DNA of 64,000 nt from an uncultured delta proteobacterium (GCA_963782055.1 CAWAIF010000002.1:192001-256000), one strand, 5' to 3'; positions 25,365 to 37,083 are shown, counted from the first letter of the stretch. A program made the numbers and translations. Notes: a model not told the origin generated them from the sequence alone.

Positions 25365-27665
25365 ATGGTCCCTGCCGAAGCGGGTGAAGGTGCCGCGTGG
25401 ACGCCGCCGTCGAGGATGGACGGCTTCGAGCTCGTCGAGCTGCTGGGCGAAGGCGGCATGGGCCGCGTCTACCTCGCGCGGGAGCGCTCGCTCGACAGGC
25501 TGGTGGCGATCAAGTTCATGACGGTCGCCCCGACCATGCCCGGCGCCCGCGCCCGCTTCCGGGCCGAGGCGCGCGCGCTCGCACGGCTGAATCACCCCAA
25601 CGTGGTCGGGGTCTATCGCTTCAACGAGGTGGAGGGCAGGCCGTACATCGCCTACGAGTACGTGCGCGGCAAGAGCCTGGACCGAATCGCCAAGCCGATC
25701 CGGTGGACGGCGAGCCTGGTCATCGCGGCGTCGGTCGCGCGGGGCCTCGCTGCCGTGCATCGCGCCGGCCTGCTGCACAGAGACATCAAGCCGGCCAACG
25801 TGATGGTGGCCGCGACGGGCGCGGTGAAGCTGGTCGACTTCGGCCTGGCGCGTCTCGCCGATGCGGAGGGGCGCTGGAGTCCCGACAGCGAGGAGTCTCC
25901 GGAGGCCGCGCTGGCGCTGTCCTTCGACGATCTGGTCGAGGCCGGGGCCCACGCCTCCGCCGTGGCCCGCGGGTCGGCCGTGTCGCGTGGCATGCGAACG
26001 GCCTCCAACCTCGCCGTCGGGACCCCGCGCTACTGGGCCCCGGAGCAGTGGCTGGGCGGGGAGGCCGACGCGAAGAGCGACGTCTACGCGCTGGGTCTGG
26101 TGATCTACGAGATGGTCACCGGGACGGCGCCGTTCGCCGATGTGGCCGGGGACGATCTGATGCACGCCGTGCTGGAGGTGGGTGTGCCTCGCGTCCAGCA
26201 CGACTCCGTCCCGGAGGCCTTCGGCGCGATCATCGACCGCTGCCTCCGGCGTGACCCGCGCGAGCGGTGGGACACCGCCACCGATCTCGCCCGCGCGCTC
26301 CTCCAGCTCCAGCGCGTCTTCGTGGCCGCGACGCCGGAGGCGCTCACCCGACCGTTGAACGACGAGGCCGCAATCGTCGCGGCGTCGTGGTCGCGCCTCC
26401 TGCCGTGGCGCGCGGCGCTGATCGCGCGCGTCTACCGCGAACTCTTCGCGGCGCACCCGGAAGTCCGCGCGCTCTTCCCCCTGGATCTCGCCGCGCAGCA
26501 GGCGAAGCTCACCCACGCCCTCGATCTCACGTTGCAGGGACTCCACGAGCCCGACGCCGTGGCGCCGATGCTCCGGGAGCTGGGCAGCCGTCACGTCGAC
26601 TACCACGTCGAGCCGCGCCACCTGGAGATGCTGGGCAAGGCATTGCTGGACGCCCTGCCCGTCTTCGACCGCAAGTGGGACGAGGCGACACGCCAGGCGT
26701 GGAAGCACGGCTACACCTTCATCGCCGCCACGATGTGCGCCGGGATGGCGAGTCACACCGAGCCAGTCGCCATTCCCCGCACGCCACCGCCCGCCGGCTC
26801 CCCGCATCCGGCGCCCCTCGCGGTGATGCCACCCGCGCAGTACGCCTCCGACGGCAACGTGGTCTATGCGGAGCTGGGAAAGGGACCGCCGGCGCTGGTC
26901 TTGTTGCCCGGTCGTGTCACGCACCTGGAGATGACCTGGTCGCACCCCGCGCCCGTCTGGCTCCTCGCCCAGCTCGCCGCGTTCTCCCGCGTCGTGCTCC
27001 TCGACCTGCGCGGCACCGGCATGGCCGATCGCATCCCGGACCCGACGGTGGAGGACGGCGTGCAGGACATTCTCTCCGTCATGGACGCCGCGCACATCGA
27101 CCGCGCGGTGCTCGTCGGCGCGGGCGACGCCGGGCCGATCGCCGTGTCGGCCGCCGCCGCGCACCCCGATCGAACCGCCGCGCTGGTGCTGGTCGGGTCG
27201 ACGCCGCGGCCCGCCTGGGCAGAAGACTTCCCCTTCGGGCGCACGAGGGCGGCGTTCGACGAGGCGTACAAGGAAGCCGCGGAGCACTGGGGGACGGCCT
27301 CCCACGTCGCGCGGGAGAACCCGGCGGCGGCGCGTGACAGGACCTTCTGCGAGTGGCTCGCCTCCTACCAGCGCATCGCCGCGGGCCGGCGCCGGGCGCT
27401 CGCGCTGCTGCGCGTCGCCGAGGAGCCCGACGTGCGCGCGCTGCTCCCGGCGGTGCAGGCGCCCACGCTGGTGCTTCACCGGGTCGGCGATCCGGTCTTC
27501 CCCGGGGCCGTCGGTCGCTTCATCGCCGAGCGCGTGCCGCACGGGCGGTACCTGGAGCTGCCCGGCAGCGACCACTGCATCTTCGCCGGTGACAGCGCCG
27601 AGCTCGCCCGCGCCATCGAGCGCTTCGTGGCCGGCCTCTCGGCCACGGCCCCCGCCGGATGCTGA
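25365..27665 (+). CDS. Ser/Thr kinase - globin - alpha/beta-hydrolase-fold fusion protein
   Basis: Kinase motifs GEGGMG, AIK, HRDIKPAN, DFG, APE; globin VAASW…VYRELFAAHPEVRALF…QQAKL…LGSRH…AW; hydrolase fold DLRGTGMAD, GAGDAG, PTLVLH, GSDH. Confidence 0.88.
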   Translation: MVPAEAGEGAAWTPPSRMDGFELVELLGEGGMGRVYLARERSLDRLVAIKFMTVAPTMPGARARFRAEARALARLNHPNVVGVYRFNEVEGRPYIAYEYVRGKSLDRIAKPIRWTASLVIAASVARGLAAVHRAGLLHRDIKPANVMVAATGAVKLVDFGLARLADAEGRWSPDSEESPEAALALSFDDLVEAGAHASAVARGSAVSRGMRTASNLAVGTPRYWAPEQWLGGEADAKSDVYALGLVIYEMVTGTAPFADVAGDDLMHAVLEVGVPRVQHDSVPEAFGAIIDRCLRRDPRERWDTATDLARALLQLQRVFVAATPEALTRPLNDEAAIVAASWSRLLPWRAALIARVYRELFAAHPEVRALFPLDLAAQQAKLTHALDLTLQGLHEPDAVAPMLRELGSRHVDYHVEPRHLEMLGKALLDALPVFDRKWDEATRQAWKHGYTFIAATMCAGMASHTEPVAIPRTPPPAGSPHPAPLAVMPPAQYASDGNVVYAELGKGPPALVLLPGRVTHLEMTWSHPAPVWLLAQLAAFSRVVLLDLRGTGMADRIPDPTVEDGVQDILSVMDAAHIDRAVLVGAGDAGPIAVSAAAAHPDRTAALVLVGSTPRPAWAEDFPFGRTRAAFDEAYKEAAEHWGTASHVARENPAAARDRTFCEWLASYQRIAAGRRRALALLRVAEEPDVRALLPAVQAPTLVLHRVGDPVFPGAVGRFIAERVPHGRYLELPGSDHCIFAGDSAELARAIERFVAGLSATAPAGC

Positions 27666-27714
27666 GGCCGAGCTGGCGTCCCCTCGCCCCGGCCGATACT
27701 ATCCCTGAAGGGAT

Positions 27715-28122
27715 ATGTCTCGCCTCCGCTCGCCGCTCGCCGTCGTGCTCGTCGCATCGCTGCTTCTTCCCGTCGCCGCGCGCGCCGCGCCCCGCGTCCC
27801 GTACGTGGAGGGTACGCGAGTGCCGCCCGGCTACCACGTCACCTCACGCCCGCGCGTCGGGCTGGTGATCGTGGGGGGCATCCTGTGCCTCCTCTCTGCG
27901 CTGGGGGTAGGCGTCGGGGTGGACGGCGTCTCGCGCCGCGACGACACCGCCGAGGTAGCCGGGTTCGCCTTCGCCGGTCTCACCGCGGCGCCGGGGATTC
28001 CCCTGCTGATGGTGGGCCTGCTGAAGCCGAAGCACTACCTGGTCGCCGACCACGCGTGGCGCCTGCGCCTCGCCCCGGCGACCGCGGGTGTGCGGGGTGT
28101 GTCACTGACCTTGGAGTTCTAG
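27715..28122 (+). CDS. exported/membrane hypothetical protein
   Basis: Signal peptide (VAARA), two hydrophobic segments, C-terminal GVSLTLEF beta-strand-like end. Confidence 0.7.
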   Translation: MSRLRSPLAVVLVASLLLPVAARAAPRVPYVEGTRVPPGYHVTSRPRVGLVIVGGILCLLSALGVGVGVDGVSRRDDTAEVAGFAFAGLTAAPGIPLLMVGLLKPKHYLVADHAWRLRLAPATAGVRGVSLTLEF

Positions 28123-28124
28123 CG

Positions 28125-28164
28125 CCTCACCCCCCCCGCCCCCTCTCCCTGCGGGGGAGAGGGA
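28125..28164 (+). repeat. REP-like palindromic element, copy 1
   Basis: CCTCACCCCCCCCGCC followed by hairpin CCCTCTCCC-tgcgg-GGGAGAGGG. Confidence 0.7.
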
Positions 28165-28180
28165 GACGGGAGCGCGATGG

Positions 28181-28543
28181 TCACCGGCGCGTGGTGTGGA
28201 GGCCGACGTGGTTTCCCTCCGTGTCGGCGACGATGGCGTACAGGCCCATCTCCCCGATGTCGGTCTTGGGAACGACGACCGAGCCGCCCGCGGTGGTCAC
28301 GCGGCCGAGGGCGGCGTCCAGCTCCGGCGCGTCGAGGTACACCACGCTCCCGGGCCCGGGAGCGCGACGCGGGTCGGCGACGAGCGCGCCGCTCACGTCG
28401 GCGTTGAGGCGCCGGGCGAAGATGGCGTGCGGGACGCCGGCGAAGTCCTCCCGCTTGAGGGACACGCCGAGGACCTTCTCGTAGAAGCGGGCGGCGCGGT
28501 CGATGTCGGCGACGGGGATCTCGAACCAGTTGATGACGCTCAT
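28181..28543 (-). CDS. VOC/glyoxalase-family protein
   Basis: MSVINWFEIPVADIDRAARFY…DTEGNHVGL; AGAAGGAG SD. Confidence 0.92.
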   Translation of the reverse strand: MSVINWFEIPVADIDRAARFYEKVLGVSLKREDFAGVPHAIFARRLNADVSGALVADPRRAPGPGSVVYLDAPELDAALGRVTTAGGSVVVPKTDIGEMGLYAIVADTEGNHVGLHTTRR

Positions 28544-28619
28544 GGTGGCTCCTTCTCCTGCGGACCGCGACGGCGGCCCGACGAGAGGCACCCTAGCCCC
28601 GGGCGTTGACAGCCTTCTG

Positions 28620-29261
28620 TCAGGTTTGTTTGGTCTCCACCACCGCGTGCTCGATGCGGTCGAAGCGCAGCGGCAGGGGCTCCCCGCTCTCGGCCTCGTG
28701 TCCGAGCAGCACGATCATCGTGCGCTCCATGGTGGCGCCGGCGAGGCGCACGCGCCGCCGCTCCAGCTCGCCGTGCGAGTTGCGGTAGCGCACGGCGAGG
28801 ACGCTGCCCTCGAACCACGCCGACTCCACCGCGCGACGCACCGCAGGAGGCGGCGCCAGCACCGGCACCCCCACGAACCGGAGCCTGTCCATGTGGCCGA
28901 GCAGCTCGCGCTGCGCGGACGTGCCGAGCGCCGCGCGCACCTTGTCGAGCGCGCGCTGCAGCGCCTCCGGGAACGGGAGCGATCGCATCTCCACCGCGTG
29001 CCGGACGAGGCTCGCCAGCACCGCCGCCTCGCGCGCGGTGAAGTTGACGGGCGGGAGCGCGTAGCTCTTGTCGAGCGCGTAGCCCCCGCCGCGTCCACGG
29101 TCCGCCTGCACGGGGAGCGCCGCGTCGCGCAGCGTGTCCAGGTCGCGGTAGATGGTGCGCACCGTGACCCCGAACCGCTCCGCGAGCATCTCGGCCGTGA
29201 CGCCGGTGCGCCGCCCGCGCAGGTACTCGGCGATGGCAAAGAGGCGCGCCTGTCGTCGCAC
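28620..29261 (-). CDS. YafY-like HTH + WYL transcriptional regulator
   Basis: LAERFGVTVRTIYRDLDTL, GRGGGY, LPPVNFT, Y…RRV…RFDRI. Confidence 0.88.
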   Translation of the reverse strand: MRRQARLFAIAEYLRGRRTGVTAEMLAERFGVTVRTIYRDLDTLRDAALPVQADRGRGGGYALDKSYALPPVNFTAREAAVLASLVRHAVEMRSLPFPEALQRALDKVRAALGTSAQRELLGHMDRLRFVGVPVLAPPPAVRRAVESAWFEGSVLAVRYRNSHGELERRRVRLAGATMERTMIVLLGHEAESGEPLPLRFDRIEHAVVETKQT

Positions 29262-29423
29262 CCCGCCATCCTACCGCGCCCTTCGCTCGCGTGATGCTAC
29301 GCGCGCCTGAAACGCCGGAGCGCCGCGAGATCGAGGGCACGCCTGGCCGAGCATCCGCTTCGGCGCCGGGACCGAGGCGGCGATGTGACGCCTGTCGAGC
29401 GGGCGGCGCGTTGCCGGCCCCTG

Positions 29424-31052
29424 TCAGTAAACGGGCGGCTGCACCTTCAGCGAGAGCGGCGTGTTCGCCTGCGAGAAGACGTTGTCCAGCTCGCCGTCGA
29501 CGACGCGCATCGGGTCGTAGGCGTTCTCCCCCCAGGGCAGGTCGATGCGCATGTCGCCCAGCGCGGTCCTGTACGAGGGCTGCTTGCCGGACAGGAGCGC
29601 GAGCAGGAAGTCCGCCGTCGCCTCGCCGCCGCCCCACACGTACGAGGGCGATCCGTTGACCACGATCTCCAGGTTCCGGGAGCCGCCCGGCTTCATGCGC
29701 AGAAAGTCCTCGTGGTAGTAGTTGTACGAGAGGCAGCTGTTCACGAGCATGATCTGGTAGCGGTCGTTGAAGTTCTGCGGCCCGTACAGCGTCGGCTCCA
29801 GCGGCCCGTGGCCGAAGTGCGAGTGGCCGTTGTAGAGGAAGACGTCGCCGTACCAGAAGGCCTCCAGGTAGCGCCACTGGGCGTGCTGGCGCGCCTCGGG
29901 GGAGCCATCCTCGTAGCCGTAGAAGCTCCGCACCTCCACGGTGAGGTTCTTCGTCGTGCCGCCGTCGCTCACCACCACGGGCAGGTCCCAGTCGATCCAC
30001 CGCTCGGCGAGCTTGCTCATCACCTGCCGGCGCAGGTCGGCGATCTTCGCCTTGTCGTTGCCCACCTCCGGCGGGTAGCCCTTCTTGTCCAGCACCCAGC
30101 GGAACATGTCGTCGTAGGTGACGTTCTGCAGCTTCTGCCCGTCCACCCAGAAGTCGAGCAGCATGGTGAAGGGGTCCGTCTTCACCGGCCGGAAGTTGGG
30201 CTGGCCGTCCAGCATCCTGCGCAGGAAGCGCACCGCCTCCTGGCCGAGGATGTCGTCCGGGTCGTTCTCGTCGGTGTCGACGCCGGAGAAGGCGTACACG
30301 ACGAGGGTGGACCGGGAGTCGTCGTGCAGGGCGAAGAGGCGGTCGTACTCCGGCGAGAAGTCGTGGTTGGGGGTGTTCGCCGCGCCCAGCTTGGCGGTCA
30401 CCGGGGCGAACCAGCGGCCGGCCTCGCTCGGGCCGACGGCGCCGGGGTGCTTCGCAAGCTTCGCCTGCTCCGACTGCACGCGCGCCGCCTCGTCCTGCAC
30501 CAGCGTCTCGCAGGACGGGAGCGATGGCTGGAAGTGGTACCAGAGGGAGTCCACGTCGGTGGTGGTGTCGTCGGAGCAGTCCTGGATCAGCTCGCCCGGG
30601 TGGGCCGCGTAGTCATCCGCCAGCATCACGAAGTCGATCGCGCTGCGGTTGGCGAGCGTCCTGGTGACCACGGCCTTGTCGACGTAGTCGAAGGAGACCT
30701 TGAGCACCTGCCGCGTGACGGCCTGGGTGTCGGGGTCGAGGACGTCCACCAGGGCGCGCGTCCACTTGGAGGGGTCCAGGTTGGACTGCGCGCCGCGGTC
30801 GTCGAAGGCGACCTTGGTGTCGCGCAGCGCTCCGAGCGCCGACTTGATCTGCCGCGCGATGGCGAGCTGGATGTCGGAGTCGGAGGTGCCCGGGTCGACG
30901 TAGACGTACGAGGAGAAGGAAACCGGGCGCTCCACCGAGGTGGTGCCGGTGAGGTCCGACGACCCGGACGCGCCGTCGGACGGCGGGGCAGAGCAGGCGG
31001 CGGCGCCCGCGGCGAGGACAAGCACCCAGACCCAGCGTGACAGCGGCGACAT
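29424..31052 (-). CDS. lipoprotein with putative His/Cys (clan CD-like) peptidase domain
   Basis: AAA-C lipobox; C-terminal VFLYNGHS and IMLVNSC motifs 28 aa apart. Function inferred. Confidence 0.6.
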   Translation of the reverse strand: MSPLSRWVWVLVLAAGAAACSAPPSDGASGSSDLTGTTSVERPVSFSSYVYVDPGTSDSDIQLAIARQIKSALGALRDTKVAFDDRGAQSNLDPSKWTRALVDVLDPDTQAVTRQVLKVSFDYVDKAVVTRTLANRSAIDFVMLADDYAAHPGELIQDCSDDTTTDVDSLWYHFQPSLPSCETLVQDEAARVQSEQAKLAKHPGAVGPSEAGRWFAPVTAKLGAANTPNHDFSPEYDRLFALHDDSRSTLVVYAFSGVDTDENDPDDILGQEAVRFLRRMLDGQPNFRPVKTDPFTMLLDFWVDGQKLQNVTYDDMFRWVLDKKGYPPEVGNDKAKIADLRRQVMSKLAERWIDWDLPVVVSDGGTTKNLTVEVRSFYGYEDGSPEARQHAQWRYLEAFWYGDVFLYNGHSHFGHGPLEPTLYGPQNFNDRYQIMLVNSCLSYNYYHEDFLRMKPGGSRNLEIVVNGSPSYVWGGGEATADFLLALLSGKQPSYRTALGDMRIDLPWGENAYDPMRVVDGELDNVFSQANTPLSLKVQPPVY

Positions 31053-31185
31053 CGAAACGACCTCCCGAACGGCCCCGGGCGGACCGGGGGAGCCGCGTAG
31101 TAACTCAGATGTGAGTGACGCGCAAGAAGCCCGAAATCAGCGGGTTTCCTCGTCGCGGTCGCGCCCGGGGCGGTAGCATCGACGC

Positions 31186-32451
31186 GTGGCCGACACACGC
31201 CGTCTCGGGGGTATCCCGAGCACCATCCTCCGGATCGCGGCCGCCGACACGGCGGTCGCGCCCGCGTCCGGCGGCCACGCCGACACGGCGGTCGCGGTCG
31301 CCCCCCGCGTCTCGGAGGCCGAGCCCCCGCCCGCGGTGGGGGGCCCGCGGTACGAGTCGGTAGGCAGGCTGGGCGAGGGCGGAATGGGGCAGGTGGAGCA
31401 CGCCCGCGACCGCGACCTGCTGCGCGACGTGGCGGTGAAGCTCCTGCGTCCCGAGCTGCGCGGCGACGCGCGCATGCTGGAGCAGTTCCTCTGGGAGGCG
31501 CGGGTCACCGCGTACCTCGACCACCCCAACATCGTCCCGGTGCACGATCTCGGCACGACGCCCGAAGGGGACCTCTTTTTCACCATGAAGCTGGTGCGGG
31601 GCAAGACCCTGGAGGGCGCGCTGGAGGGCGTCCGCGGCGCCGGCGAGAAGGCGGAGGGCGGGCTGACGCTCCCGCGCCGGCTGCGCCTCTTTCTGCAGCT
31701 CTGTCACGCCATCTCCTTCGCCCACGCCCGCGGCGTGCTCCACCGCGATCTGAAGCCGGCCAACATCATGCTCGGCGAGTACGGCGAGCTGATCGTCACC
31801 GACTGGGGCCTCGCGCTGCCGCTGCCCGGGCCGGCCGGAGAGGCGCTCACCGACCTGGCGCCGTCCTGGCTCCTCGCCGAGAGCGCCGGGACCCCCGCGT
31901 ACATGTCGCCGGAGCAGGTGCGAGGCGAGCACCTGGACGCGCGCTCCGACGTGTACACGCTGGGCGTCATCCTCCACGACCTCGTGGCGCTGCGACCTGC
32001 CTTCGATGCCCCCACCGCGCCGGCGCTCTTCGCCAAGATCCTCCAGGGCGAGACGGCGAAGGCGGAGGGGGTGCCTGCGCCGCTCGCCGCGGTGATCCAC
32101 AAGGCGATGGCGCTCGAGCCGGCGGACCGCTACGCCGACGTGGAGGCGCTCGCGGCGGAGGTGGAGACGGTGCTCGACGGGCGCACGCCGGAGGCGGAGC
32201 ACGCACCGCTGGTGGTGCAGGCGGCGCGCTTCTACGTCGCGCGGGATCCGGCGATGGCGAAGCTGCGCGTCATCGACCTGGACTTCTGGGTGGGCGGCGC
32301 CTTCGTCCTCGGCCTGGGCGTGGCGTCCTTCCTCGGCGGGTGGCTGCGCCACATGCGGTGGTTCGCCATCCTCCTGGGCCTGGCGATGGCCATCCCGACC
32401 ACGGTGCGCTGGCTCCGCGTACGCAGGGAGTCGCGGCGCAAGAAGCGCTGA
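31186..32451 (+). CDS. Ser/Thr kinase with two C-terminal TM helices
   Basis: GEGGMG, AVK, HRDLKPAN, DWG, SPE, DVY. Confidence 0.92.
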   Translation: MADTRRLGGIPSTILRIAAADTAVAPASGGHADTAVAVAPRVSEAEPPPAVGGPRYESVGRLGEGGMGQVEHARDRDLLRDVAVKLLRPELRGDARMLEQFLWEARVTAYLDHPNIVPVHDLGTTPEGDLFFTMKLVRGKTLEGALEGVRGAGEKAEGGLTLPRRLRLFLQLCHAISFAHARGVLHRDLKPANIMLGEYGELIVTDWGLALPLPGPAGEALTDLAPSWLLAESAGTPAYMSPEQVRGEHLDARSDVYTLGVILHDLVALRPAFDAPTAPALFAKILQGETAKAEGVPAPLAAVIHKAMALEPADRYADVEALAAEVETVLDGRTPEAEHAPLVVQAARFYVARDPAMAKLRVIDLDFWVGGAFVLGLGVASFLGGWLRHMRWFAILLGLAMAIPTTVRWLRVRRESRRKKR

Positions 32452-32469
32452 GCCCGCGGGCTCGGCGGG

Positions 32470-34779
32470 TCAGCGCGTCCGCAGGAAGCGGACGAGCACC
32501 TTCTTCTCGCCCCACCCGGGGAAGAAGGCGACCACCGCCGGGTCCGCGGAGGGGATGAGCTTCTCCACGCGACCCTCGCCGAAGCGCTCGTGGAAGACGC
32601 GGCTGCCGCGGTGCAGCTCCTGCGCGCTCGCCCCGGACGGCGGGACGTCGTCGAAGAAGTCGCGGTCGACGTAGCGGCCGGGGCCGGCGCTGGGCGGCGG
32701 TTGCCCGAAGAGGTGCGGCGCGCGCGACGGAGGCGACTCGAACGCCGCCCCCTCCTCCTGCGGGTGGTGGAAGGCTCCGCCGCCGGAGTAGCGCGGCTCG
32801 CGGTCGACGTAGCGCTCGCGCTCGGCGCGCGCCCCCGCTGTGGGGCGCTCCTCCATCAGGTCGGGCGGGATGTCGCCCAGGAAGCGGCTGGGCGTACCCC
32901 ACTGCGTCCGCCCGAAGATCTGCCGGGTGCGCGCGGTGGTGAGCACCAGGCGGTCGCGCGCGCGGGTGACGGCGACGTAGGCGAGGCGCCGCTCCTCCTC
33001 CACCTCCTCGCGGGTGCTGGAGTCGTTCATGCTCCGGTAGGGGAACATGTCCTCCTCCATGCCGGTGAGGAAGACGGTGGAGAACTCCAGGCCCTTGGCG
33101 GCGTGCACGGTCATCAGGGTGACGGCGCCGTGGTCCTTCATCTCGTCGGTGTCGGCGCGGAGGGTGACCCGCTCGAGGAAGCCGGCGACGGTGGCCTCCT
33201 CGCCGGCGGCGGCCGCCTCCGTCTCGTAGTCGCGCAGCGAGCCGACGAGCTCCTGCAGGTTCTCCAGGCGCGACTCCGCCTCCACGCTGCCCTCGTCGCG
33301 GAGCATGGTGAGGTAGCCGGTGGCCTCCAGCACGTAGACGAGCGTCTCGCTGGGGGAGTGCTCACGCGACTCGCGCTCGACGCGGGCCAGAAGCTGGCGC
33401 ACGGCGCCGAGCTTCTTCTTCGCCGCGGCGGGGAGGACCGACGCCTCGTTCACGTGCTCCAGCGACTCGAAGAGGGAGAGGCGCCGCTCGGTGGCGAAGG
33501 ACTGCAGGCGCTCCAGCGTGGTGTGGCCGATGCCGCGCGAGGGGGTGTTGATGACGCGCAAAAGGTCGACGTCGCTCTTGGGGTTCACCACGACGCGCAG
33601 GTAGGAGAGGGCGTCCTTGACCTCGGCGCGCTCGAAGAACTTGGTGCCGCCGACGATCTGGTACGGCACGCGCCCGGCGCGCAGCGCCTCCTCCAGCACG
33701 CGCGACTGGGCGTGCACGCGGTAGAAGACGGCGGCGTCGCGCAGGTCGCCGCCCTCGGCCACGAGCGTCTGCAGGGCGCGCACCACGAAGGCGGCCTCGT
33801 CGTGCTCGTCGCGCGCGGTCACCAGGACGATGGGGTCGCCGGCGTCGTTCGCCGTCCACAGCTCCTTCGGCTCGCGGGAGAGGGCGGGCTCGATGACGGC
33901 GAGCGCCGCGCGCACGATCCGCCCGGTGGAGCGGTAGTTCTGCTCCAGCTTGACGACGGTGGCGTCGGGGTAGTCCCGGCGGAAGCCCAGGATGTTGCGG
34001 CGGTCGGCCCCGCGCCACCGGTAGATGGACTGATCGTCGTCGCCGACGACGCACAGGTTCCGCGAGCCGCTCGCCAGCAGGCGGACGAGCTCGTACTGCA
34101 TCATGCTGGTGTCCTGGAACTCGTCGACGAGCACGTGCTCGAAGCGGCGGCGCAGGCGCTCCGACTCCGGTGTCTGCAGGGCGAGGAGCTTGCGCGTCTT
34201 CAGGATGAGGTCCTCGAAGTCCACCGCGCCAGCCGCCTCCAGCGCCTCCTGGTAGCGACGGTAGACCTTCTGCGCGATCTCCTCCTCGAAGCGCGCGACG
34301 TCCATGTCCTCCGGACCGTGGCCCTCCTGCTTCTCCTTCTGGATGCGGTGCAGCACGGCGCGGGCGGGGTTTCGCTTCTCGTCCAGGTCGAGGGCGCGGA
34401 TGGCGCGGGAGACGAGGGTCTTCTGGTCGGTGGTGTCGTAGATGACGAAGTTGGACGGCACGCCCACCGCGGTGCCGTGGCGGCGTAGCAGTCGGGCGCA
34501 GGTGGCGTGGAAGGTGCCGACCCAGAGCTCCTTCGCCAGGTTCTCGCCCACCAGGTGCTGGAGGCGCGCGCGCATCTCCCCGGCGGCCTTGTTGGTGAAG
34601 GTGACCGCCAGGATGCGGTACGGCGCCACGTGCTCGCACGCGATGAGGTTGGCGATGCGGTAGGTGATGACGCGCGTCTTGCCGCTGCCCGCGCCGGCGA
34701 ACACCAGCAGCGGACCGGACACGTGGGCGACCGCCTCTGCCTGAGGTCCGTTCAGCCCTTCGGTCGCCACCGCGCTCAC
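32470..34779 (-). CDS. pcrA: PcrA/UvrD ATP-dependent DNA helicase
   Basis: AGAGSGKT, TFTNKAA, VDEFQD, GDDDQSIY, LEQNYRS, TVHAAKGLEF, EERRLAYVAVTRA; C-terminal Tudor-like end (HERFGEG). GTG start inferred. Confidence 0.93.
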   Translation of the reverse strand: MSAVATEGLNGPQAEAVAHVSGPLLVFAGAGSGKTRVITYRIANLIACEHVAPYRILAVTFTNKAAGEMRARLQHLVGENLAKELWVGTFHATCARLLRRHGTAVGVPSNFVIYDTTDQKTLVSRAIRALDLDEKRNPARAVLHRIQKEKQEGHGPEDMDVARFEEEIAQKVYRRYQEALEAAGAVDFEDLILKTRKLLALQTPESERLRRRFEHVLVDEFQDTSMMQYELVRLLASGSRNLCVVGDDDQSIYRWRGADRRNILGFRRDYPDATVVKLEQNYRSTGRIVRAALAVIEPALSREPKELWTANDAGDPIVLVTARDEHDEAAFVVRALQTLVAEGGDLRDAAVFYRVHAQSRVLEEALRAGRVPYQIVGGTKFFERAEVKDALSYLRVVVNPKSDVDLLRVINTPSRGIGHTTLERLQSFATERRLSLFESLEHVNEASVLPAAAKKKLGAVRQLLARVERESREHSPSETLVYVLEATGYLTMLRDEGSVEAESRLENLQELVGSLRDYETEAAAAGEEATVAGFLERVTLRADTDEMKDHGAVTLMTVHAAKGLEFSTVFLTGMEEDMFPYRSMNDSSTREEVEEERRLAYVAVTRARDRLVLTTARTRQIFGRTQWGTPSRFLGDIPPDLMEERPTAGARAERERYVDREPRYSGGGAFHHPQEEGAAFESPPSRAPHLFGQPPPSAGPGRYVDRDFFDDVPPSGASAQELHRGSRVFHERFGEGRVEKLIPSADPAVVAFFPGWGEKKVLVRFLRTR

Positions 34780-34807
34780 CCGTCTCCCATAGCGCCCCGC
34801 GCCCATC

Positions 34808-34867
34808 ACCTCAACACACCCCCCCGCGTGTCCTCTCTCTCTCTTCCCCGGGGCCGGGGGGGTGAGG
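34808..34867 (-). repeat. REP-like element, degenerate copy 2
   Basis: Minus strand (TGA)CCTCACCCCCCCGGCCCC-GGGGAAGAGAGAG…GGGGGGTGTGTTGAGG, directly after the kinase stop. Confidence 0.5.
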
Positions 34868-36958
<2,091 letters not shown>

Positions 36959-37083
36959 GGTGGCGAGCGCCCGGCGAGGGCCGAGCCGAACGAGGATACT
37001 CCCCGCCGCGCGCCGCGCGTAGCCCTAAGCCGGTGGGAAAAATCCGCGCGGCACCCCGAAGCCGCCGTGGCCGCCGCCCTCAA

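Noticed and set aside
31244..31296. 18-bp direct repeat GCCGACACGGCGGTCGCG occurring twice
   Set aside because: In-frame ADTAVA duplication inside the kinase N-terminus; only two copies, not CRISPR-like.
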